Below, in pieces: positions 36,910 to 46,697 of a stretch of 64,000 bases of DNA (position 1 is its first letter; each line of letters starts with the position of its first letter). This DNA comes from a virus (Duplodnaviria > Caudoviricetes): positions 1 through 64,000 of the IMG/VR virus record IMGVR_UViG_2585427591_000001; one strand, given 5' to 3'. Below the pieces are notes generated by a model. The model was not told the origin of the DNA. It saw nothing but the letters and a program-made list of their open reading frames with translations, and did not search any database. The translations under genes were made by a program, and so were the position numbers.

Positions 36910-38121
36910 ATGGTCGATACGGTAGAGCGCGACAGGAACGGGCGATGGCAAACGGCTGGCTTGCCGCCGCGGCTGTTTAACAAAGTCTTCGACAAAATCA
37001 AGCAGGCTCAGCGCAAAAACAGGCGCGGCGGTAAACACACGCTTACCCCGGCAATGATGAAAAACCGGGATCTGGAGAAATTCCTCAAGCTGGGCAAGAA
37101 ACAGGGTGATGAATATTTCACCATTGAGGACATGAAGAAGTTTATTGAGCAGCGTAAAGCGCACCGCAAAAACTTCTCAAGTGACGTACCGGGCATCACA
37201 TGGTCTGAGATGGGGGCAAAGTCGAAGAAAATCGATGTTGACCGCGCCAGCAACCGAGTTGACGACGGTACCGGCATTAAAAAAGCCATGTTTATAGGTC
37301 TCAAACACAACATGGCGTTGGTAAAAGTTGTCGCGTCCGATGCATCAGTTCACCAAAACCATCAGGTACGGATCCGATTTGAAGCGTGGGATACGGCCGT
37401 AGACGATGCTGGCGATGAGAAAGCCGATGTTAAGCGGCTTGCGCGCATGCTGTGTGCTGATCGGGTATCAATAGACTGCGATTGCGGCCGCCATCAATAC
37501 TGGTACCGATACATGGCCACAGCCGGTAATTACTGCGTTTCCCCTCCTAAAGAATATGCCTATCCGAAGATCCGCAACCCCGATTTGTCCGGCGTGGCAT
37601 GTAAGCACGTTCTCCACGCGCTCAACCGCTTTCAGTCAGCTGCATGGCAGTTGCAGATAGCGCAGCAGTTGAAGAATGATGCAAAACGGGTGGGTTATGG
37701 CGATGACGCCAGGCGCACAACAAAATGGTTTGACCCGTCCGAACAAACAACAATGAACCGCAACCGGCGCGGCCAGATTGACCACAAAAAAATCAAAGAA
37801 GAGTACCGAAAATACAAACGGGATCAGGAAGGCTTTGCTAAGTCACTGAAGAAAAACCAGCCAGACGTCGAAAGCCTGCGGGCACAACTCACAAAGTCCC
37901 GCAAACAGTCCAATGCGCAGAAACGCGCCCTGAAGGAATCCAAGGACCGTGAGACGACTCTCCAGCGCGAACGTGACGAAGCGCGCCAGCTGGTTGGCGA
38001 TCAGTTGAAAATGAAAAAGGCGGCATTCGTAGATGCTGTTCGGATGTCTGGCAAATCCAAGGAAGAGGCTGAAACGATGTTCAAAAGATGGCTTGAAAAA
38101 CAGATTAATGGGGGTGGTTGA
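36910..38121 (+). CDS. Tail stability protein gp25-like (SWIM-type Zn motif)
   Basis: DCDCGRHQYWYRY...PKIRNP...ACKHV; synteny. Confidence 0.8.
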   Translation: MVDTVERDRNGRWQTAGLPPRLFNKVFDKIKQAQRKNRRGGKHTLTPAMMKNRDLEKFLKLGKKQGDEYFTIEDMKKFIEQRKAHRKNFSSDVPGITWSEMGAKSKKIDVDRASNRVDDGTGIKKAMFIGLKHNMALVKVVASDASVHQNHQVRIRFEAWDTAVDDAGDEKADVKRLARMLCADRVSIDCDCGRHQYWYRYMATAGNYCVSPPKEYAYPKIRNPDLSGVACKHVLHALNRFQSAAWQLQIAQQLKNDAKRVGYGDDARRTTKWFDPSEQTTMNRNRRGQIDHKKIKEEYRKYKRDQEGFAKSLKKNQPDVESLRAQLTKSRKQSNAQKRALKESKDRETTLQRERDEARQLVGDQLKMKKAAFVDAVRMSGKSKEEAETMFKRWLEKQINGGG

Positions 38122-38903
38122 TGGAACCGTTTGACCCATTCAAAGAATTCATAGCAGCACCACGGGTACCTACACCGCCGGAGGAAACACCGGCTGGCGC
38201 GAGTGAAAATGCCGGTATCGAACCGGAGCCGGAGCCCGTTCCCATTGAAGATCACACTGAAGGCCAACCGGAGACGGCCGGAGAACCCGAAAGCCCGAAA
38301 GATGCAGCGGCCGAAGATGAAGACGATCCTGCGGATGAACTGCCGGAAGAGCCCCCCGCGCCCGCGCCGCCAACTGATAGCGGCACCTACGATTTCAGCA
38401 AACTTCGCCGCCGTTACGACGGGCATTCACCGCTAAACGAGCTGGTACGTGACGATTGGATACGCGCCATTGAGCTTAGCCCGGACCGCTTTGACGCCCT
38501 TCTCTATCGTCCGCTTCGTATTGTTGAGCCAGCGCCAGCCGAAGCGGGTTATGAAACTCCCCTTGCCGGCAGCATGAACGTACATCAGGAAGAGCTCTCT
38601 TATGATGCGCCGGTGCTGGTCCCGATCCTGGATTGTCCGGATGAGATGGCCGAGTTTGAAACGATGGACTCAGACGACGACAGCACCGGCATACCGGACA
38701 CCACACTAATACTGCGTATCGGCGCGCACCGCATACCAAAAGGCTCAATTGTCGAATTCGAGGAAGAGATTAACGGCGGGACCCGGCGGGTGTGGTGGTA
38801 CGTGCTCAACATTCACAATTACGGGACAGTGAGCGCCGGCAGCCTGTATTACTGCGTGCCATGCAGGACGTTTGAAGGAGTACTCAACAATGCTACTGAA
38901 TGA
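38118..38903 (+). CDS. P1 gp7-like tail/neck protein
   Basis: Acidic N-terminus, VRDDW, FDALLY, WWYV; synteny. Confidence 0.7.
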   Translation: MMEPFDPFKEFIAAPRVPTPPEETPAGASENAGIEPEPEPVPIEDHTEGQPETAGEPESPKDAAAEDEDDPADELPEEPPAPAPPTDSGTYDFSKLRRRYDGHSPLNELVRDDWIRAIELSPDRFDALLYRPLRIVEPAPAEAGYETPLAGSMNVHQEELSYDAPVLVPILDCPDEMAEFETMDSDDDSTGIPDTTLILRIGAHRIPKGSIVEFEEEINGGTRRVWWYVLNIHNYGTVSAGSLYYCVPCRTFEGVLNNATE

Positions 38904-39669
38904 GACATTAGTCGCACGATTGCATGAAGAGAACCTGGTATTAACCGGCGGCGTTGAAGTTACGGATCTTCAGGATATCGATACCGCGTTTTGCAACAAG
39001 CTGTTAAGCGCGTTCGAAGGCGTCATTGTTACTGACCCGCGGCGGGAGACCTTGCCTTTTGCTGAATTCCTTAAGCGGGCACCATCTGATCAGATAAAGT
39101 TTGGGGAATTTGAGGACGTCGGAACCTTTCTCACTGCGTATCAAAGCGCCAAAGCAGGCCGCGCGCAGGAACCTCAGCCCGGCGTTAATCCCCTCGCCCT
39201 GCCTATCATCAGCGTTTTCCGACCGATAGATTTCTTGCTCTACCAAGGCGACATCACGCGCGATATGCCCTGGTGTGGCACGCTTGAAACAAAAGAAAAT
39301 GGCACCTTTGCACTATTGAGCAAAACACATGCCCAAGTGAGTTACACCGTCACTTTAATCAGTGATGAAAAGCACACGCTTAACCGGATGTGTACAACGC
39401 TGGGTGTGTGGATCAGCATGATAGCCAGTCTTGGCGGCACCAATTTTACTGCGTCCAGCAAGCTGGCCGGGACAGATATAAAACTGGGCGCGGAGTTTAT
39501 AGACCCGAAGACGGTCATGTTCGGAAACGTCTCACTCCCGGCATCAGATAACCGCATTTATGCCAGCCAGTTCACTGTAGACGTGGTGGCAGACATTCTG
39601 ATCGCTTACTCCGTCGATTCAACGCCGCGCACAGTCGAGGTGTATACGGGGGTGGTTCCCAATGGTTGA
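38890..39669 (+). CDS. P1 gp24-like tail completion protein
   Basis: Size and synteny; ALPIIS..R motif. Confidence 0.7.
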   Translation: MLLNETLVARLHEENLVLTGGVEVTDLQDIDTAFCNKLLSAFEGVIVTDPRRETLPFAEFLKRAPSDQIKFGEFEDVGTFLTAYQSAKAGRAQEPQPGVNPLALPIISVFRPIDFLLYQGDITRDMPWCGTLETKENGTFALLSKTHAQVSYTVTLISDEKHTLNRMCTTLGVWISMIASLGGTNFTASSKLAGTDIKLGAEFIDPKTVMFGNVSLPASDNRIYASQFTVDVVADILIAYSVDSTPRTVEVYTGVVPNG

Positions 39670-40627
39670 TCAGTTCTTTCTACAGCAGTTGACGATAAAC
39701 GGCCATGAGGTCCCGCCGGCGCTAGCTATATCGATGACGTATATCGAGACGGCCGATATGTCAGGTCCTCAGCTTCTGCTTGTGCTGCGTGACGGTACCG
39801 GCACGCTGATTGATAACGTGGGCATTAAAAAGGGTTCGGTCATTACTGCAAGCCTGGGGGATCCCAGCGGCCTTGGCGGCGTGCTGTTCAATGAAACGTT
39901 TACCGTTATCAAAGCGCCAGCAGCCTCCGATCAGATAACTATAATGGCGTTTTCTCAAAGCGTGTTTAACATGAAAACCCCCGCCGTTACGCCGCGATAC
40001 TTCAAAGACAAGCCACCAATCATCGTTCTAAATACCCTTGCGCCTGGGCTTAAAATCAGCGCGGACTGCTTCCGCCGCCAGGGAACGTATCACTTAAATA
40101 CCGGTCAGAAACCGTCGCAACTATTCCGGGAGATAGCACGGGATCACGGCGCATTACTTTTCTCTTGCCGCGGCGCGCTTACCGCCAAAAGCCTGACGAC
40201 ACTGGCTGGTGCTAAACCGGCGATCACATATGAAGTGAATAACCCCGCCGCGGAGTTCTCATTCTCGCGCTTTAGCAGCATCAACAGCGACGATGACGAC
40301 CACAATGCCCGGTATGTCGGCTATTCAATGACGGATGGCTACAAAGGCGCGCAGGGAGAGCAAAGCGGACCCATTTCAATGCATTCCATCCCTTCGCAGG
40401 GAGCGCTCAATAATCAAAATAAATACCTTCAGCCGAAGTTTGACGCGGAATGCATCGGAAACGGCCAGTTGACGCCTGGCCTGGTTGTGGGCGTCAAAAT
40501 ATTTCGCTATGACGATGAGAACCGTATTGATGAGTCAGTGCCGGCCATCATGATTGTTTCACGCGTAGCGCACCACGTTGACCGGTTCAGTTACATGTGC
40601 CGCGCAGTATTAGGAGTAGTGCAATGA
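39662..40627 (+). CDS. P1 gp6-like baseplate hub protein
   Basis: TYIE...GPQL...D..G, TYHLN.G.KPS, DES.P; synteny. Confidence 0.75.
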   Translation: MVDQFFLQQLTINGHEVPPALAISMTYIETADMSGPQLLLVLRDGTGTLIDNVGIKKGSVITASLGDPSGLGGVLFNETFTVIKAPAASDQITIMAFSQSVFNMKTPAVTPRYFKDKPPIIVLNTLAPGLKISADCFRRQGTYHLNTGQKPSQLFREIARDHGALLFSCRGALTAKSLTTLAGAKPAITYEVNNPAAEFSFSRFSSINSDDDDHNARYVGYSMTDGYKGAQGEQSGPISMHSIPSQGALNNQNKYLQPKFDAECIGNGQLTPGLVVGVKIFRYDDENRIDESVPAIMIVSRVAHHVDRFSYMCRAVLGVVQ

Positions 40628-41457
40628 GCAAGGAATATTCATTTAACGGACAGTACCGGGCACGCGTTATCAACACTGTTCACCCGGAAGGCTTAATGAT
40701 GGCCAGCGTGCGCGTTGAGGCGCTTACAAAGGGCGTCCCGGACAACGATTGTCCCTGGGCAGAGTATCAGCTCGATATCGGCGGGGCTTTTGCGCCCACT
40801 ATTGCCGGCGACTTGGTTTGGGTAGATTTCCCCTACGGCGGTGACACACGACGACCGCGTATTATCGGCGCGGCACAGGATGCCAACAGCGGGCAACCGA
40901 ATGTACCGCCGGAAAGCTGGGGCGGCGGTGACGCCTATCAGCCGCCAGAGGTAGAAGGCGCGCCCCCGCTGCGGGAGTTAAACACGACCAAGGATTATGT
41001 GTCTAAGCGCAATGGCTTGCTCGAAGTGCGTACCAGTGGTGGCGGGTGGAGCGTAACGCACATCGACTCTGATACCACACTTGGCATGAACGAGTCAGGC
41101 CAGGTCTATATCATCACGACGCAGGACGTATTTGTTAATGCTGCAAAGGGCGTAACAGTGAAATCCGGTATCGATATCGACGTTGAGGCCGTTTCCAACA
41201 TCACGATCAAGGCTGGCGCTAATATCACGCTCGAAGCCATGGGGGACATCACGATGAAGGCCGGTGGTAACGTCTCAATTGATGCAAAAGAAGGTACTGA
41301 TATTACGTCTAAAAAGGCTACTACCATCGATTCAGGGACAACCACAGAGGTAACATCCGGGGTAACAACGGAGATTACTTCGGAAATGAATACTGACATC
41401 AAATCCGGCGCGCTTTTCAGTTCCACAAGTAAGTTGGTGACGTTTAACAGAATTTAG
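40624..41457 (+). CDS. Baseplate spike gp5 (OB-fold plus beta-helix)
   Basis: GQYRARV, PWAEY, GDLVWVDFPYGGDTRRPRIIG; C-terminal 8-aa repeats. Confidence 0.88.
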   Translation: MSKEYSFNGQYRARVINTVHPEGLMMASVRVEALTKGVPDNDCPWAEYQLDIGGAFAPTIAGDLVWVDFPYGGDTRRPRIIGAAQDANSGQPNVPPESWGGGDAYQPPEVEGAPPLRELNTTKDYVSKRNGLLEVRTSGGGWSVTHIDSDTTLGMNESGQVYIITTQDVFVNAAKGVTVKSGIDIDVEAVSNITIKAGANITLEAMGDITMKAGGNVSIDAKEGTDITSKKATTIDSGTTTEVTSGVTTEITSEMNTDIKSGALFSSTSKLVTFNRI

Positions 41458-41491
41458 CCCCCTTCCCCCTGAGTGCGCGGTGCTACCAGAA

Positions 41492-41622
41492 CCGTGCACA
41501 TCACAAGCATCCCGCGACCATAAAATGAATATACAAAGTGCATTCAACGCACACACCTTGTGTGCATTTTAATCACACAAGATGCATTCATTATGCGCAT
41601 AAAATGCACATAAAAGATGCAT
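41492..41622. repeat. Array of about 12 degenerate octamers at an 11-bp period
   Basis: Starts at 41492, 41503, 41514, 41525, 41536, 41547, then 41560, 41571, 41582, 41593, 41604, 41615 (e.g. AAGTGCAT, ACGCACAC, GTGTGCAT, ATGCGCAT, ATGCACAT, AGATGCAT). Confidence 0.75.
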
Positions 41623-41713
41623 GCCAGCACGCGCGTTAATTATCATTCTTAGCCACAGAATTATTGCCAAATGAGACGCTTACGGATGCCAAACCCGCCC
41701 TTATTGTTTACGA

Positions 41714-41737
41714 TATACTAAATAGCCATATTCTAAG
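41714..41737 (+). promoter_or_regulatory. -10 box and putative C1 operator
   Basis: TATACT (41714) followed by TAGCCATATTCTAAG (41723-41737). Confidence 0.7.
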
Positions 41738-41759
41738 ATGATAGGTTTAGTAACCAGTA

Positions 41760-42050
41760 ATGACTAAATTCACTGAAAAAACATTAAGCAGAAAGGCGCT
41801 GGTCATACTCGTCCGCACTAACAGCGTGGCTAAAGCGTTGCTTGTTGGCGCTGAAGAGGAAAACGAGCGCATGGCATATGAAATCAAAATTCAACTGAAG
41901 CACAGCGCACACCCGCACTATGTCATATCAAAAGAGGGTCAGCGCCGCTGCTGGCACAGTTCTGATCAGGCTATTTCATTCCTGAGAGGTGTTGGGATTC
42001 ATTGCATTAATATTCAGCTGCCAGTTACAGAAGGAACTGACGATGAGTAG
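41760..42050 (+). CDS. Hypothetical protein, possibly DNA-binding
   Basis: RRCWHSSDQAISFLRGVGI motif; overlaps the methyltransferase gene. Confidence 0.7.
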   Translation: MTKFTEKTLSRKALVILVRTNSVAKALLVGAEEENERMAYEIKIQLKHSAHPHYVISKEGQRRCWHSSDQAISFLRGVGIHCINIQLPVTEGTDDE

Positions 42051-43281
42051 GCCTTCATATCAACTGCATGTCGGAGATTGTGAAGACGTTCTGGAAGGAT
42101 TCGCAGAGAACTCGATAGACGCGCTTGTGACTGATCCCCCCTATGGGTTGACCGAACATTTAGATAAAAAGGTCATGCGTGACGTGCTGGCGCATTGGCT
42201 AAGTGGTGACGACTACCTGCATACCGGCGGTGGTTTCATGAATAAATCCTGGGACAGCTTTGTCCCCGCGCCAGCTGCATGGGAAGCGGCATACCGCGTC
42301 TTAAAACCGGGTGCCTGGTGCGCAATATTTGCGGGTAGCAGGACACAGGATCTGATGGGCATTTCCCTGCGCCTGGCCGGATTCGAAATCATGGACACAG
42401 GTATGTGGCTATACGGTTCTGGCTTTCCGAAGGCGCTCAATATATCAAAAGCTATTCGCAAGGCCTGCGGAACAGAAGCCCCTGAGTGGGAAGGCTTTGC
42501 AACGGCATTAAAGCCTGCCTATGAGCCGTTTATCCTTTGCAGAAAGCCACTGGAGGGAACCTACGTTAACAACATCCTCAAACACGGCGTAGGCGCAATG
42601 AACATCGGAGCGTGTCGCGTCCCTACGGGAGAACGGCTCAACGGCGGTGCCGGTGGCCAGCTATCAAATATTCGCGATGGTGACATACCGCAAGGCATCG
42701 AGTGGATGCAGGCGCAAGGTGGCCGCTGGCCGGCGAATATACTTCACGACGGCAGTGATGAAGTTCTCAGCGTGTTCCCGGCTAAAGCTGGCGCCGCTGC
42801 CCCCGTGCGCGGTACCGAACCGTCAACTGCCGGGGATGGAATGATCATGGGGCAGAGGAAAAGAGTAGCCACGTATTTTCACGGTGACTCTGGCAGTGCC
42901 GCCAGGTTCTTCTATTGCGCGAAGGTTACAAAATTCGAACGTGATGAAGGGATGGAGAGGTTTATCCCGGTAGTCGCAGGCGAAATGGTTGGCGGCCGCA
43001 AAGAAGGCAGTGTAGGCATAAACACGCCCAGTGCTGGCGCTGGCCGCACTGGTGGTGCCCGTAACACGCACCCGACAGTTAAGCCTAAAGCCCTAATGCG
43101 TTTCATCTGCCGGCTGGTCACGCCACCGGGAGGTAAGATTCTGGATATGTACACAGGATCTGGAAGCACGGGTTGCGGGGCGCTGGAAGAAGGGTTTAGC
43201 TTCGTGGGTATCGAGCGAGACCCGGATGATGTTGTGACGGCCAGCGCGCGCATAGCATACGCGTATAAGAATCTCGCTTAA
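42043..43281 (+). CDS. Orphan N6-adenine/N4-cytosine DNA methyltransferase (beta class)
   Basis: VTDPPY near the N-terminus; HPTVKP and LDMYTGSGSTG near the C-terminus. Confidence 0.93.
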   Translation: MSRPSYQLHVGDCEDVLEGFAENSIDALVTDPPYGLTEHLDKKVMRDVLAHWLSGDDYLHTGGGFMNKSWDSFVPAPAAWEAAYRVLKPGAWCAIFAGSRTQDLMGISLRLAGFEIMDTGMWLYGSGFPKALNISKAIRKACGTEAPEWEGFATALKPAYEPFILCRKPLEGTYVNNILKHGVGAMNIGACRVPTGERLNGGAGGQLSNIRDGDIPQGIEWMQAQGGRWPANILHDGSDEVLSVFPAKAGAAAPVRGTEPSTAGDGMIMGQRKRVATYFHGDSGSAARFFYCAKVTKFERDEGMERFIPVVAGEMVGGRKEGSVGINTPSAGAGRTGGARNTHPTVKPKALMRFICRLVTPPGGKILDMYTGSGSTGCGALEEGFSFVGIERDPDDVVTASARIAYAYKNLA

Positions 43282-43568
43282 TTGCGCATCTCTTCTAAAC
43301 GCTGCTCATATATTGCGGCCCCCGCGGTTCGCCCAGTTTCTGACAAACAAAATGCGAGCTGAAGTGAGTTGCTTCTAAATTTTATCAGCAAACCGTTTTT
43401 AACGAGTGTGTGGCAAGAGGTCCGAAAATTAGTCGCAAAAACCGGCTGGCTTCGGACCGAGTTTATGATAGCCAGCAACTTAACGCCCGGTATCGGTCCC
43501 TCCCTCCCTTTACCTTCCAGATCGTTCAGAACAAACAGCAAATCCTTTTGTAGTGCAGAAAGTCTCAT
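43278..43568 (-). CDS. Small winged-helix DNA-binding protein
   Basis: MRLSALQKDLLFVL...NFRTSCHTLVKNGLL...LSETGR. Confidence 0.75.
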   Translation of the reverse strand: MRLSALQKDLLFVLNDLEGKGREGPIPGVKLLAIINSVRSQPVFATNFRTSCHTLVKNGLLIKFRSNSLQLAFCLSETGRTAGAAIYEQRLEEMRN

Positions 43569-43681
43569 CGGAGCACCTATCCATATCTCACATGATTAGC
43601 GTGGGATTGTGCCGCTCATTTCTTAAACATGTCAAGAATGATTAAGCGATGAAAATAAATGCAGAACTGTAAAAGCATACA

Positions 43682-43702
43682 GCGGTTCACAGTTGTTAGG
43701 CT
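43682..43702 (+). promoter_or_regulatory. Putative Lpa-dependent late promoter
   Basis: GCGGTTCAC-6 bp-TAGGCT. Confidence 0.75.
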
Positions 43703-43733
43703 CGGATAAATTCATCAATGCGAGCCACTGATT

Positions 43734-44018
43734 ATGTCCCTAATTGCGCAACAAACTTCGATTTGCTCAGGTCACGACGGATACCCGCCGCGGCCGCCGG
43801 TTGCAGGCGTGCCCTTCTTTCTCGTTAACGGCATTCCGGTGCTCGTTAACGGCATTCCGTACGACAGACACACTGACGGCGACAGTATGCACGATGGCGT
43901 GGCCATCTCTACGCGCCCTTGGTTTCTTATCGATAGAATCCCGGTTGTTTGTGCCGGCGACCCCGTGTCGTGCGGTTCAGTTGTAGCCGCTGGTGACCCA
44001 TTGGTCCTGATTTTTTAG
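43734..44018 (+). CDS. upfC: PAAR-domain spike tip protein (UpfC-like)
   Basis: CSGH..YPPRP...NGIPV...H...HDG...GDPVSCGS.VAAG. Confidence 0.85.
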   Translation: MSLIAQQTSICSGHDGYPPRPPVAGVPFFLVNGIPVLVNGIPYDRHTDGDSMHDGVAISTRPWFLIDRIPVVCAGDPVSCGSVVAAGDPLVLIF

Positions 44019-44026
44019 GAGATTAC

Positions 44027-44782
44027 ATGCTTGAGCAAGCGTACCAGGAAGAAGCATTTTTCGCGTTGCGAGCCGCGGGCGGGTTAACGCCTCCTTCTTC
44101 TGCCCAGCTTTATCAGCAATCCATAATGCTGATTCAAAAGCTGGCAGATGAATTGATCAGCCTTACTCCAGAGTCAGTCATCTATCCCGCGTCGCTAGCA
44201 GACGAGCTAAGCCGCATTGATGCCGTGGTTGAGGTTTTGACAGATTCGATTCCAACAATAGAGAAAATGGTAAAGCTGATTAACGAACAATCGTCATTAT
44301 CTGCGCTTGTTCGTCTGCAAATCGGCTGGGATCTGTATTGCCGCTTATATGACGTGGCGGACGGCTTACCACCGGCAATGACGGAAGCAATAGCCGATGT
44401 AACTACCCCGGCCGCTTTGGTAGAACTACTTCGCTCCATTTCGACTGAAGATATAAAGCAGGCTTTTGCACTGCTCAATAACTATCTGATTGCATCAGCG
44501 CCAGCCACCCCGCTGCCGGGATCAGTAGTGACTGAGATTACGCAGGTCATAGACACGTTTATCAGCGACGTAGCGCCGCTCGATGGGTTGATTGCGACAG
44601 TTCAGCGCGATTATTTCGCCGCGGTAAATAGCCTCGGCCTGGCATCGTCTACGTTCAACGATGCCGTGACCGTCAGTCTTCTGGATACGCTGACCAATCC
44701 CCCTGCAAACAGCGTCTCTGAGGCAGTCAAAAGTGTCACGCCACCAGCAGTTATCAGCATTCTGGAAAATAGCAAATTCTGA
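44027..44782 (+). CDS. upfB: UpfB-like virion protein
   Basis: YQ..AF..L.AAGG, YP and LQIGWDLYCR match recalled P1 UpfB. Confidence 0.78.
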   Translation: MLEQAYQEEAFFALRAAGGLTPPSSAQLYQQSIMLIQKLADELISLTPESVIYPASLADELSRIDAVVEVLTDSIPTIEKMVKLINEQSSLSALVRLQIGWDLYCRLYDVADGLPPAMTEAIADVTTPAALVELLRSISTEDIKQAFALLNNYLIASAPATPLPGSVVTEITQVIDTFISDVAPLDGLIATVQRDYFAAVNSLGLASSTFNDAVTVSLLDTLTNPPANSVSEAVKSVTPPAVISILENSKF

Positions 44783-44790
44783 CGCGGTGC

Positions 44791-44811
44791 GCGGTTCACT
44801 TTCATTATTCT
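44791..44811 (+). promoter_or_regulatory. Putative Lpa-dependent late promoter of the capsid operon
   Basis: GCGGTTCAC-6 bp-TATTCT. Confidence 0.78.
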
Positions 44812-44876
44812 CATCGCACTAAGTGCAATTAAGCAGCAACGTAGCACTGATCGTTCGCAACATTTAAGGGGTATTT

Positions 44877-46646
44877 ATGAACAAAGACTTAACGGAAAGT
44901 AATAATCGAATTGCGGAAATCGGCGAACGATCAAGCCGCATGCTTGCGATTGTTTCTACCGCACAGTGTGATGAGAACGGGCAATATATTAAGGACAAAG
45001 CAACACGCTGCCAGAGCATTGCTAATGCAGCGAAAATGGACCCGCTGTTCGAATCGCATAACCCCCGTGTAGCTGAGTTAGTTAGCACGGCATGGGCCTC
45101 TGCATATGCTGATTATTGCAACACTCATGATGCACCGCCCCGCACTGAATTGCTTGCGGCGTGCCACAAGGCAGCTGAAAATCTATTGTTGCTTGAATCA
45201 TCAAGAACTGAAAAAAACCAGGTGCTATTTTCAGCCGGTATGCTTCTGGAAAGCGCCGGTGATGGCAACGTTGGAAGTGGTGGGAACGATTTAACTACCT
45301 CTGCCGGCGTTATTAAACTCGCTACCTACGTTGCTATGATCCTGCCAGTCGCACTTGGCGCGCAGACAAGCGATGCGTGTACGTTTATCCCTTGCGAAAA
45401 AGAACGCAGTAAAATATTCGAAATCATCAACATTGCTGGTAATACGTTCGGCGATTTAGTTGCTAACCAGCAAATTGATATGACAACCGTTGGCTCTTAT
45501 TCGCAGATGCGTCGTATAGATACATTTCCTGTCCAGCCAAGTGGCATCAAAGAAACATATACTTACAATGTGAAGGATAAGGAAAAGAAAGACGCGCCGA
45601 TCCGACCAAAACGCACTGTTTTGTATATTAACCGCATACCAACTGCGCCCGACAACGGCTCGGGAAATCTCTATCACACGATTGAAAGCGATTCAGCTCC
45701 AATCACAATCAATGCAACCCTGGATTACAGCATTGGTAAGGTGGAAGTAGCAACTTCTGGTGCTTTACCAGATGGAATGGCATTAGATATCGGTTACGAA
45801 CTTGATGTGGAAACCGATCCAAGCCTCATCCCGACCATAACGCATGCCATGCTCGATTATGAGCTGTTCCCTTCATATTACTATCTGGCTGCCGAACATA
45901 GCGTGCAGGCATATCATGATTTGATGCGTGAATTCGGTCTGGATCTGAATAGCCTCTCTTACCGCACGCTCCGTGATTACCTTTCTCACGAAGTAGACAT
46001 GATGCGCCTGCGTATCATGGCCTGGCGCTGTATTCATAAAACTGCGTACGACATTTCTTTGCCGGATACTCAGTCTTTTGACAGTTACGCCGCGTTACTC
46101 CGCGGAAAATTTAATGACATTTCAACCGGGATCATTAATCGAACCCGCATTACCGGTATGACAGGCGCGTTTGCTGGTGCCAATGCATCGAGCATCATTA
46201 AACAACTGCCATCATCAATGTTCACGCCTGCGCCAAACTACCGCCAGACGCCTCATGTGCATTACATCGGCATGCTATTTGGTGTGTACCGCATCTTTGA
46301 AGTGCCTGAACTGGTCTGCGAGTCGCTTACTACGCTGGGGTCTGAATTTAAGGTCAATCAGATGCTCTGTTATGGCCGCGGGGAAGGCATTGCGCAAGCG
46401 GGCTTCGTGACGGGTGATGCTATTCCGGCTATTCCGTTTGTTCACCCAACCAATCCGCAGCTTCGTGATCGCACAACCATTATGGGCAGCGCGATCAACG
46501 AAATTCACCCGCGCCGCGGTGAAGACTTTTTTGTGATGCTTGAACTCAAACAAGAGAAAGAAGGTGCGCTGAATCTGAGTAGCGGTGAATACATCAAAGC
46601 GCCAGCGCAGCCCGCTGAAGACGAAACCGTAGTAGTACCAGCCTAA
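44877..46646 (+). CDS. Major capsid protein (P1 gp23-like)
   Basis: 589 aa, LLES-type processing motifs, AGFVTGDAIPAIPF.HPT; synteny. Confidence 0.85.
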   Translation: MNKDLTESNNRIAEIGERSSRMLAIVSTAQCDENGQYIKDKATRCQSIANAAKMDPLFESHNPRVAELVSTAWASAYADYCNTHDAPPRTELLAACHKAAENLLLLESSRTEKNQVLFSAGMLLESAGDGNVGSGGNDLTTSAGVIKLATYVAMILPVALGAQTSDACTFIPCEKERSKIFEIINIAGNTFGDLVANQQIDMTTVGSYSQMRRIDTFPVQPSGIKETYTYNVKDKEKKDAPIRPKRTVLYINRIPTAPDNGSGNLYHTIESDSAPITINATLDYSIGKVEVATSGALPDGMALDIGYELDVETDPSLIPTITHAMLDYELFPSYYYLAAEHSVQAYHDLMREFGLDLNSLSYRTLRDYLSHEVDMMRLRIMAWRCIHKTAYDISLPDTQSFDSYAALLRGKFNDISTGIINRTRITGMTGAFAGANASSIIKQLPSSMFTPAPNYRQTPHVHYIGMLFGVYRIFEVPELVCESLTTLGSEFKVNQMLCYGRGEGIAQAGFVTGDAIPAIPFVHPTNPQLRDRTTIMGSAINEIHPRRGEDFFVMLELKQEKEGALNLSSGEYIKAPAQPAEDETVVVPA

Positions 46647-46697
46647 CCACTCGTCACCCGCACACAGCATCTGGTGTGCGGGTGAATAGGAGCAATC

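Noticed and set aside
41150-41410. Repetitive C-terminus of gp5 as a possible diversity-generating target
   Set aside because: Ordinary beta-helix repeats; no template repeat or reverse transcriptase seen.
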